DNA of 64,000 nt from Octopus sinensis (Eukaryota), in assembly GCF_006345805.1 (NCBI RefSeq), contig NC_042997.1, forward strand, positions 58,962,001 to 59,026,000. The letters run 5' to 3'. The notes beneath the pieces were generated by a model, which saw only the letters and a program-made list of their open reading frames with translations, did not search any database and was not told the DNA's origin. The first letter of the stretch is position 1. The number at the start of each line of letters is the position of its first letter. Shown here one piece after another: positions 40,683-51,357 of the stretch. The position numbers and the translations under genes were made by a program.

Positions 40683-41740
40683 AGCAAAAATAAATATATA
40701 AATGCAGTGCTGAAAAGTGAAGTGAGCAACATTGTACGAGTTAGCAGTGAACTCCTCAAGAAGCACTCTCTTCTTGATGATCTCCCATACAGCCCCAAAA
40801 CAGCTGGGCTCTCTTACCTCAGAAAAGATCTGAATGGAAAGCACTCAGTATACAAAAAATTACTATGCATGTGTATGTTACCCAGAAGCTTAGAGAAGAC
40901 AGTAGAATTGACACGAAGCACAGCCTCTCTTGGACAAAGACCACTACATCACATCACACTTTGAAGGCTATAAGATTTCCACAGAGTACCTGGTGAACAA
41001 GAGAGACAGTGACGTTCTTGTAATCCCATGGTGTAACCGCATGTGTAGGCTATGTTATGTTTCTGTGGAAGACATCACGCATGTGATTAGCAGCTGTCCT
41101 AAAATGTCGTCACGGTACTACCTCCCTATGCGGCACGATGTTGTCGCTAAAACAATTTACAATACCATCCGCAAAAAAGACTGTCCTGAAATAAACTTAA
41201 AAATCCCTCTATTATGTAATACATTCATAAACACCAATTCAAGGAATACTGGTGGAATTTTCCCAACAAAACTTCTGTCAAATGTAAACATAACAGGCCG
41301 GATATTGTTGTTTGGGACAGAGGGGCAAAAGTATGTGCCATCATAGAGGTTAGTTACCCTGCAGACATAAATATCTCTTTGAAAATCAAAGAAAAAGAGG
41401 ATATCTATGGACAACTACCTCGAAACCTCCAGCTTCTATATCCGGACTATGAATTCATATTCATACCAATAATAATTGGAGCACTAGGTTTTGTTAGTAA
41501 ATGCTTGAAGGAGAATCTGGATAAACTGGGATTTTCAGAAAGAGAAATCGACCAGCTAATTCGTACATTACAAGCGCAAACTATGAGTGGAACAGCAAAA
41601 ATATGCAAGACTTTTCTCAAGTTCCAAAAGTGAATTTGCCTGTGTTAACTACATCCCAAAGCTGGAGCCTTGTATCTTTGTTGGAAACCGGCTCCCTCCT
41701 CAGTGGAAGATTTATAATAATTAAAAGACAGAAGAGACAT
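40683..41740 (+). mobile_element. 3' part of an R4/Dong-like RLE LINE
   Basis: CRLCYVSVEDITHVISSC knuckle, RHD motif, frameshifted RPD (aacaggccggat 41292-41303), KIKEKEDIY, FIPIIIGALG, stop at 41633. Confidence 0.88.
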
Positions 41741-41753
41741 ACATACATATATA

Positions 41754-41816
<63 letters not shown>

Positions 41817-42089
41817 TTGTCTGCGCGCGCGCGCGTGTTTATTACCTTGAGTAAGAGGTCGCACAGGAGCAATCAATACGATTCAGTCAATACAAACTGC
41901 ATTTCTTTCTTTCATCGACCCCAGAAGAATAAAATGTAAACTTGACCACTATACGAAACAGTTATAATTATAAGGAGTGCCTGAGGTAGTATAACAGCCG
42001 AATAATAATATACCATTATCGATTGTTGTTGATTTCTTTATTAGTCCGGAAGGTAATAATATATATCAATTACACAGGTCACGCATTTG

Positions 42090-43270
42090 GGGTGTAGGAA
42101 GGAATTGTCGATTATATTGATACTTGTACTTCACTAGATATTATCTTATTGACTAAAGACAGACAAAAGTCGAAGTCGGTCTCGGCGGGATTTGAACTCA
42201 GTCATTTTTCCTACGTGCTAACAATTTTACCATCTCGCCGCATAAATGATTTCGACTTTTGGCACAAGACCAGCAATTTTTAGAGGAGGTGGCAAGTCGA
42301 TTACATCGATTTCAGAACTTGTCTGCTACTTATTTTATTGAACCTAAAAGTATGAAAAGCAAAGTTGGCCTCGGTGGAATTTGAATTCAAAATGCAAAGA
42401 GCCAGAAGAAATGCTGTTAAGCATTTTGACCGGCGCGATAACGACTCTGCTATCTCGCCGCATTAATAATAACGATGGTCTCGTATTTTGGAACAAAGCC
42501 AGCAATTTTTTAGAGAGAGTAAGTTAATCAAATACATCAACTTGACTGGTACTTTATTTTATGATCACCGAAAGGGAGAAATGCAAAACTGACCTCGATG
42601 GAATTCGAAAACAGAACATAAAGGACCGCAATTAAATTCCACAAGACATATTTTGCTCGACGTTCTGCTGATTCTGCCAATTAACCTTCTGCCATGCTTG
42701 TTTCTATTACAGGTACAAGATTGTGGAGAAGGGTTACAAAATTGACCTCGGTGCAATTTAAAATCAGAACGTAAAGGACCGCAATTAAATGCCACAAGAC
42801 ATTTTTGTCCGACGTTCCGTTAATTCTGCCAATTAACCTTCTGCCATGATTATATCTATTGCAGGTACAGGTGATTATATCTATTACAGAAATTGTAGAG
42901 AGGGGTCAGTTGAAGACCTCGGGCCTTGACTTATACTTTGTTTTATCGATCTCGAAAAAATGAACGGCTAAATTCGCTTTGACAGAATGTAAAGAGCTGT
43001 AATAAATACTCCGAGCCGTTTTCCTCCAACGCCGCAACGATTCTGCGATGCCCTGTAATCGTTTCTAAATTAAGCACATCAATTATTTGTGGGAGGATGT
43101 AATCGATAAAATCAACTCCTGCACTTGGTTTTTGGGGGTTTTATTTTTTTCTTATTTTATCGCCTCTGGAGAGACGAAAAACAAAGTTGATTTCAGTAGG
43201 GTTTGAAATTAGAAAGAAAACAGTATTAACTTAACTTTGCTGTGTATTTTGTCAGACACTCTAATAGTTC
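42090..43270 (-). mobile_element. Cluster of ~6 degenerate family B SINE copies
   Basis: Repeated ...gacctcgg..gaatttgaa..cagaacgtaaag... units, including a ~155-bp tandem duplication at 42587-42850. Confidence 0.75.
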
Positions 43271-43342
43271 TGTTACTCTACTCCGAATATTAATTTCTAA
43301 CAGTAACACACAATTAGTAATTTGTGAGGAAGGGCACAGACG

Positions 43343-43532
43343 CAGTGACGCAACTAAAGTGTGTGCTGCCCGGGCAGCCCTTAATTTTTCCACCCTCTCA
43401 CTTATTGGGCCCCCAAACCAATACAGACTTAGATAACAGTCCTTAAAGTGTCGCCCCCTAAAAGCATCGCTCAGAGCGGACCGTCATCGCCACTACCACC
43501 ACCACCTCCACCACCAGCCCGCTATGCGACTG
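43343..43532. mobile_element. Degenerate hAT-type MITE
   Basis: Ends cagtgacgcaac / gctatgcgactg; flanks cacagacg and catagact match at 6 of 8 positions. Confidence 0.5.
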
Positions 43533-44194
43533 CATAGACTACTAAATCCATTGCAGTGTATTACTGATGCTTCATTTATCACCTACCAGAAGATCAAAGG
43601 CAAGTCGATGTCGCTGTGATTTAAACTTCAGAAGTAAAGGAATTTAATTCAACAGTGTATTGTATGTTACTCGTTCTTTACTTGTTCCGTCAATCTGTCG
43701 TTCTTTACTGCAAATAATATAAATGAATAAATATAGGAAATTGCAAGGGAAGATAACATACATAAACTTTAAGTGTAAAAGGATATACTGTGTGGAACTT
43801 GATAGATATTAATGTAAAAAATGTGAATAAAAAATCTCAAAAGTCTTGCTTTCTGATGTTTTTTACGCTTCAGCCCCATCAAGATTAAGTTGGGATTTTT
43901 TTTACCTCAAGAGTTTCTTCCCTTGTTTTTACAACGCTTATTTGATTTGCTTCCTTAAAAGTATTCTTTATAATGGCATTTTTTATGAAAGATAATAGAG
44001 TTTTGTGGGTTTTCATTTTCCGTTCTTATCTTCAACTTTTTATCTAATTTCTAGTTTTAGAAGAATAGGAAAAGTGTTGGACACAATGCCCTTGCTACAT
44101 TTAGATACAAGCCTTATATTCTACGTACGATTCCCGCAGTGGTTGACTTCCAATTTTCATTGGTCATTAAAATAGATACCAGTCAATAAGACAG

Positions 44195-44390
44195 AGTCAT
44201 TAGCGCGTCGGAAAAAATGCTTAGCGGCATTTCTCATTATTTACGTTCTTAGTTCAAATTCTATCGAGGTCAACTTTATCTTTCATATTTTCGAGTTCGG
44301 TAAAAATAAGTACTGTAGTCAGTGTAATCGACTTTCTCCCTCCCCTCAAACTGCAGGCCTTGTGTCAAAATTAGAAACAAAAATTAATTA
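44195..44390 (+). mobile_element. SINE family B copy
   Basis: aaatgcttagcggcatttc...agttcaaattc..gaggtcaacttt...ggccttgtgtcaaaattagaaa. Confidence 0.75.
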
Positions 44391-44459
44391 TCAACTACGT
44401 ACGTCGACTGCTAACTTATTGATTTGATGTAATATTGGATGTTTGTGCTTTTGGATGCA

Positions 44460-44800
44460 TCACAGGCCCAGATAAGTGTATTGTATTCTAGTATGGGTCA
44501 GACAGTGTCTATAGTTGAGCAGGATGTTCGACTATAGGCACCGTCTGAGCTGAGATGTGTACCTCAGCGAGAAGGATGTTTAGAAAAGATGTTTTCGATG
44601 AAGGGCAAGAGAAACTTGAGGGTTAATGAATTCAGAGAGCGGTAGAGACAGTTGGTGAAATTAGACCTGAACCAGAATATCTGGAAGTCTTTGTGGTTGA
44701 TATTCAGGTTAAAGAGATGTATAGCGGGGATATGCTTTAATAAAAACATAGGCAGTGTATGTGATATGATTTCGAGCGAAAATCAAAAGTAGATTACAAA
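44460..44800 (-). mobile_element. Possible Penelope-like N-terminal fragment
   Basis: LFNLNINHKDFQIF resembles the degenerate PLE N-terminus at 15.2 kb; weak. Confidence 0.3.
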
Positions 44801-44842
44801 GCCGGAGCGAGCTTCTACCTCGAGAGATATAATTATTATTAA

Positions 44843-46070
44843 GGCAGCGAGCTGACAGAATTGTTAGTGCGCCGGACAAAATGATTTGCGGCATTTCATC
44901 CGTCTTTATGTTCCGAACTCAAATGCCCTCGGGATCGACTTTACCTTTCATCCTTTCGGGGTCGGTAAAATAATTACCAGTTGAACACTGGGGTTGATCT
45001 AATCAATTTACCCCCTCATCCAAAATTTCAAGCCTTTAGTAGAAAGATTTGTTGTTATCATTAAGGCGGCGAGCTGGCAGAAACGTTAGCACGCCGGACG
45101 AAATGCTTAGCGGTATTTCGTCTGCCGTTACGCTCTGAGTTCAAATTCCACCGAGGTCGACTTTGCCTTTCATCCTTTCGGGGTCGATAAATTAAGTACT
45201 AGTTACGCACTGGTGTCGATATAATCGACTTAATCCGTTTGTCTGTCCTTGTTTGTCCCCTCTGTGTTTAGCCCCTTGTGGGTAGTAAAGAAATAGGTAT
45301 TTCGTCTGCCGCTACGTTCTGAGTTCAAATTCCGCCGGGGTCGACTTTGCCTTTCATCCTTTCGGGGTCGATTAAATACTAGTTACGCACTGGGGTCGAT
45401 ATAATCGACTTAATCCATTTATCTGTCCTTGTTTGTCCCATCTATGTTTAGCCCCTTCTGGATAGTAAAGAAATAGGTATTTCGTCTGCCGCTACGTTCT
45501 GAGTTCAAATTCCGCCGAGGTCGACTTTGCCTTTCATCCTTTCGGGGTCGATTAGATAAGTACCAGGTACGCACTGGGGTCGATATAATCGACTTAATCC
45601 GTTTGTCTGTCCTTGTTTGTCCCCTCTGTGTGTAGCCCCTTGTGACAATAAAGAAGTAGGTATTTCTTCGAGCTCTTTATCTTCTTAGTTCAAATACCTA
45701 TTTCTTTACTACCCACAAGGGGCTAAACACAGAGAGGTCAAACAAACGGATTAAGTCGATTACATCGATCCCAGTGCGTAACTGGTACTTAATTTATCGA
45801 CCCCGAAAGGATGAAAGGCAAAGTCGACCTCGGCGGAATTTGAACTCAGAACGTAACGGCAGACGAAATGCGGCTACGCATTTCGCCCGGCGTGCTAACG
45901 ATTCTGCCAGCTCGCCGCCTTTCTCAGTTCAAATACCGCCGGAGTCAACTTTGCCTTTCGTCTTTTCGGAGGGCGATAAAATGAAGTACAAGTCAAGTAC
46001 TGGGTTGATGTTATCGACCAACTACCCGCCCCCTTAAAATTGTTATCCTTGTGCCAAAATTTGAAGCATT
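44843..46070. mobile_element. Dense array of young family B SINEs: + monomer, + trimer (45065-45666), - monomer (45692-45919), + partial
   Basis: Unit junctions ggtatttc at 45112, 45296, 45476 and 45659; the inverted copy is near-identical. Confidence 0.93.
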
Positions 46071-46557
46071 ATCTCCAAATATCTGCAGAACAAGAGACAA
46101 GTCCACAGAAAATTACAACTGCAGTACTGTTCCAAACATTAAAACATGAAATCACATTATAATTGTAATCATTTCACAAATTTTCAAAAGCAACGAATGA
46201 ATTTCTACTAAGGGAACCTCAATTTGCAAGAAATAGCATCCAAATCTCCTTCAAATTACATCCTACTATTGTAAAAATGAAGGGCACTTTAGATAATTTA
46301 GTCCTAGATACGCTATATCTGAAAGAAAAGGGATAGACCGGAATACTTTTAGATACGGATCTGCTCGTCCAGGGCTGACTTGGGATTAAACAACAATTTC
46401 ACCTTCTGAACTCTGGGACCTTTATATCTAATCAACACAAACTAATATTTCCTGGATTTCTAAAAGTTCTTTGCAAGTTGAAGCTGCATCTCTGTTTCGA
46501 TTCCTGCTTAGAGCCTTCTTTATTATTATTAATGTCACTAATACCTAAGGAAAAGCG

Positions 46558-48860
46558 TACTCTAGGGTCCCAAATAATAGTGGGGGTTGGAATAAGCAGA
46601 TGGGTTGGACATTTGCTTAAATTCATATAAGCGGGCAGGTTGGAATAAATGGGTGGGGTTGGAAAATCAGTAATTGTATAGTGGTAATTGTATAAAATTT
46701 TTAAATTGTCTAGGTTATCGCCCTAATTTTTTTAAAACCCAGTTATTTACTCTCGGGTCCCAAATAATAGTGGGGGGGTGAATAAGCCGGTGGGTGGAAC
46801 ATTTGCTTAAATTCATATAAACGGAGGTGGGTGGGAATCAGTAACTGTATAGTGTATGTACGGAAATTAAGAAAAAGCATCTTAAAGCACATATAACGAC
46901 ACAACGAGGTAAAAGAAATTAACAAAAGGCAAGTGAAGTTAGCACATACGTGTGCTTCAAATGTTCACTTTAGTTAAGACGCACAGTTATATTATAAAAA
47001 TAAGACGTGTGTTAATTATGGTGATTGTGGGATTTTTTTTAATGCAGTGGACAAAACTGATATTGATATAAGCGACACGTATTAAAAAGAAAGAAAAGTA
47101 AAACACAAGGAAAAGAGTATAATTACCATTTCGTGAAAATGTAGTATGTATTATACTATACATAATAAAACATAGCACTCCGTAAATAGGTATAAATGAG
47201 AGACTCATGATTTTTTGTCACTGTCCTTCTGCAGGTTTCTCGGTTTCGACATTTGCTTCTTTACGGATCGCCGAGTTTCACTAAGTTATTGAGTTTGCTT
47301 CGAAAAAGCAACAAAAGTGAGGGTGTCTCGTTTCCATCCAACACCTTCTGTACTTTTCAAGGAACAGAGTATCTTTATTAACCTGATCATCACTACTGAT
47401 TCCTACAAGAGAGATAGAGCTTCCCGTCATTATGTTTGGCCGACCGTGCTTTGGCTCCTACGAAACTTCCATGGGGATTTCTCCAGGTGGGTCAATTACC
47501 TCCAAAAGATTCCAAGATGGCTCGCTTTCATCTTCCGACTCACTTTCAACAGCTTTTCTCTCAATGCCGTCACCATCAAATAGTTCTGAACCTTCAATAG
47601 TGTTTGCACATTTGACCCCTTTTGACGGAATTAAATTCTTAATGACTCTCTGAATGGTATTTGGGCAGGGTTTTGACATCATCTCTAGACGAAACTCTCG
47701 CATCGACGGACAGACGAGGTACATGATTCGGTCTGACACCTTATAATCTTCAGAGCCATCGGAAGCCTCTGTGGCCCACATCGACTTGAAAGCAGCTTCG
47801 ACATCACTCATGCAATCTGCATGTGCTTGATGTAGCATCTGCATCATCTCGGATTGATTAGGCGTGGGTATTTTATTCGGAGTTTGAACTAACTTTTCTA
47901 GCATCTTTACTTTCTCTATTTCGTGATATTTCGCTTTCAGTTGTTTCTGCAAGTGTGTGTCATTAACTTGAACAAACCCGGTGATACCACCGCCGATGAT
48001 GATTAGCATATAACCCCTCACCTCCGGCACATAACGTCTCTCACCTCCAGCATCAAATGCACCATGTAATCACCGAGCACATAAATGGCAAAGTTTGTAT
48101 GTAAAAACATATTGAATCGGTTCGGAAGGTTTTCAATAGCACAGAGCAGATATTCTAATCTATAAGAACCTTTAGGAGACCATCGGTATTTCATAGTCAG
48201 CAGGGCATTCGGTAGTGGTGGTCTTTTTTCAGTTCTTTTAGATACAAACTCTTGGATAAGATTGATTTTGGTATCATTGCTAACCTGGGTAAACACTGTG
48301 ATATGTTCTCTAGACAAATGGTGGTTTTCTTTGATGAACGTATCTTGATTTTCCGGTGCAAGGACATTTTATCTCCATTGATAATAGAAGGATCTACACC
48401 AAATTTGTCAAGGAACTAACGACTCATACTCCATATGTTCTTCAAATATACCTGAATGCTCAACACATTGCTCTTTGGAGATTGAAATGCAATTGTTTGG
48501 AAATTTCAGTGATACCCCATACTTTTTTTGCTAACCTTTCATCCAGCTTTTTGAAAAACAAAATTTTTCCTTAGTCGGTGTGACTGGGTGTTGGAAAATC
48601 CACTCCTCGTAAAATTTCTCAGCCTGTAGTAGGAAAAGAGCTGGTGATAATCTCGCATGCAGCAATGTTCTAACATCCACAAATCATTCAAACAAGGTGA
48701 CATTCACGCCTGATGCTTTTGTTTTACTACCTCCACTAGCCACTCTGAAACGTTTCTTTGGATTTTTTTTTCAGCGCTGTCAAGTTCGCCTTTCAGATAT
48801 TTTCATAACAGCGTTTGGCTACTTTAACAACAGAATCAACAGTCGATCAGAGTTTTTGAC
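46558..48860 (-). mobile_element. pogo-family transposon remnant (CENP-B-type HTH plus DDE_1)
   Basis: LFE*FVDVR...FSKSWMKG..KYGVSL (48500-48720), WSPKGSYR, VLGDYMVHLM.EVR, IIIGGGITGFVQVNDTHL (PxGxTxxxQPxD equivalent); putative TA-preceded end duplicated at 46558 and 46748. Confidence 0.8.
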
Positions 48861-48955
48861 ACCGGCCAAATTCAAGTAAAACAAACAAACTGCTTTGGCA
48901 GAAAAATACCGACATTATGATTCGGACAAAAATTTCAAAACATTTCTGTACTTAC

Positions 48956-49077
48956 GGTTAGGGTTACGGTTTTAGAGTTAGGGTTAGGGTTAGGGTTAGG
49001 GTTAAGGTTAGGGTTAAGGTTAGGGTTAGGGTTTTAGGGTTTGGGTTAGAGTTTTAGGGTTAGGGTTTTAGGGTTAG
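48956..49077 (+). repeat. Interstitial degenerate (TTAGGG)n tract
   Basis: About 20 units, a mix of perfect TTAGGG and variants such as TTAAGG and TTTTAGGG. Confidence 0.92.
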
Positions 49078-49780
49078 TGTTGGGGAAAAAGTCAAAACTG
49101 AAGAAGTTGGGGGAAGGGGATAAATTTAACAATGCCGATTTTTGGAGATTTTTGGCAAAAAAAAATTTTAAATAAACAAATTTAGGAGAAAATGGTGGGG
49201 GCGGGCGGAAGTCTTTCAAAAAAAATTTTCTATTTCACCCCACCCACGAATTTAAAATTTTGATTTTGTTTTCACTTCGAAGATTGTAGTGAATTAACAA
49301 AGATATGCAAATCGAAATTAAATATAGACAAAAACATTAAAGTGTATTTGCCTTAAATAATCCTAAAACTTAGCCCTTTATTTATTTGTCTATCTATCTA
49401 TCCCTATCCGTTTATTCATATCTATCTATCTCTTTATACACATAACTATAGTACCGAATTTACAATTTTGAAAACGTGGTTTCTTGCATATTCGGAATCT
49501 TTGTCATGGAAAATATAGGAACCCGCTGAAAAAAAACAGTGGAAATGTTTGTATTTGTATGTGCGTGAGGAGATGGGGGGGGTGTTAAAAATTTATTTTA
49601 TTTATTTATTTATTATTCTTCCTTTCTCTCTCACTTTCCGTCTTTCTTCTTTGTTGTTATTGTTAGTGTGCGATACTCATTCTCTTCGACAATTATTCAA
49701 TGTTATTCTGCTATTCGCTAGTAGGCGAATAACCGTTTATGAATACCGCATTAACGAACACGTATCAGACTTCAGTGTGT

Positions 49781-49800
49781 ACTTCCGCTCAAAATGGCAG
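49781..49800 (+). promoter_or_regulatory. ETS-like (ACTTCCG) and YY1-like (AAAATGGC) motifs at the NDUFA5 start
   Basis: acttccgctcaaaatggcag, in a CpG-retaining region; motif match only. Confidence 0.4.
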
Positions 49801-49814
49801 GCGTCGTGAAGGTT
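49794..49814 (+). CDS. NDUFA5: NDUFA5 coding exon 1 (MAGVVKV)
   Basis: aaaATGGCAGGCGTCGTGAAGGTT followed by donor gtaagt at 49815. Confidence 0.85.
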
Positions 49815-51314
49815 GTAAGTAACTTAGCTCTTGTTTATTTACTGAACTCTTACATTGTCCGACGTTATCTGTCCTGATGTGGTAACTTAATACTGGGTAT
49901 CTTCAGTAGCTTTTCACATTTATTGCTGTTGTTATTAACGCTGATTTTGATCGTCTGTTGTGTTAGAGTATCGTGCCCTTGAAACAGCCTTCATTAGAAT
50001 TTATCTTTCATACTGTAGCCCTGGGTCAGTCTTGGACGAGTAGACGTACTATCAAATGGAGTTGTAGCTGGGATATCTTATTTTTTGTTAAAAACTGTAT
50101 ATACCTTAGTGTGCATGATATGAGAGAGATTTCACTGCTGTTTCTAACAGGTCAAGCGGCCGCATAGAGACGACTCATCAATTTCGTATACATAGGATCT
50201 GATTTTAGGAGGTTTGAGAAAGCCGATATTGCAACCCCTACAATCATTTTGAATATATAATTTCTGTTATTCTGTACTTAACAAATAGTTTTTTGTGAGT
50301 TCCTATCTAATATATGAGGCAGAGCATGTATGGTATTAAATACGTTTGTTGTTATTTAACATTGTGTCACCCTGATTGAGCAGACTTCTGATCGAAAGTC
50401 TTCTAGCTGTCTTTTTCTCATTGCATAAACTCACTTAGAACTAACTACAATATCGAATGCCTCCCATTTTTTGATAACGCTATGGTGTCATTGAAAGGAG
50501 ATTCGGTTGTTGTTTTTAGCAAATTCAGTGGTGGTAACACTGTCTTGTTTATTATTTAATGTATTCAGCGTCAGTTAATGTTTACGAAAAGTGAAGATGA
50601 TTGAATCTTTTCCACTACAATTGTTTTATCGGCCCCATAGGGAGGAACAGCGGAGCTAACTGCTTAAGGACCCTGGGCGAAACTAAATGTTGTTATGTTG
50701 CATCGTTTGCACATCCCCATCCAACTATTTAAAAACAGTTGTATTAAGAGAAAGGATAGCACTCACAAGTTGCTTAGAGCCTTTAGACATAAGGATCTTT
50801 CTTTAGGTAAACTAACACATCTAAATGAGTTTAACTTTAATAAAATGCACCTTGGAATAAGAGTATATGTATTTTAGAGGAAGCAGGTCAGTTGACGTAA
50901 TTTTAACCCTATAATTACACACACACACCCACGAGTTGGTAAAGTGCAAGACAGCATTATGTTCTATAAAGCGTTGAATACCCTACAGGTTTTCTGTTTA
51001 ATTATTATTCGTAGTATTTATCATATGAGTCGTTCGTCGAGGGGCGGTGCCTACCATACGTTGACGAGAGGCAAACACCTTGAAACCTGGGTCCGTATGT
51101 GGCATCCGCTTCTTCGGGGAATGATCTCCCTTTGCAGGATAGAGGACACCGTGATGGTGTCAAGCCTATCTGGTGACGTTGATGATCGCCTGGGGCTAAA
51201 TGCATCAGTAACACCCCCACCGCCCTGCTCTGACCCTAGCCACATTCAAATGGCTAATGTCCCTTTTGTTATGGAGCAGTTACTGTCTATATCTCGTTTA
51301 GAGAATTATTATTG

Positions 51315-51357
<43 letters not shown>

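Noticed and set aside
48956-49077. True chromosome end
   Set aside because: Short, degenerate and flanked by unique sequence on both sides.
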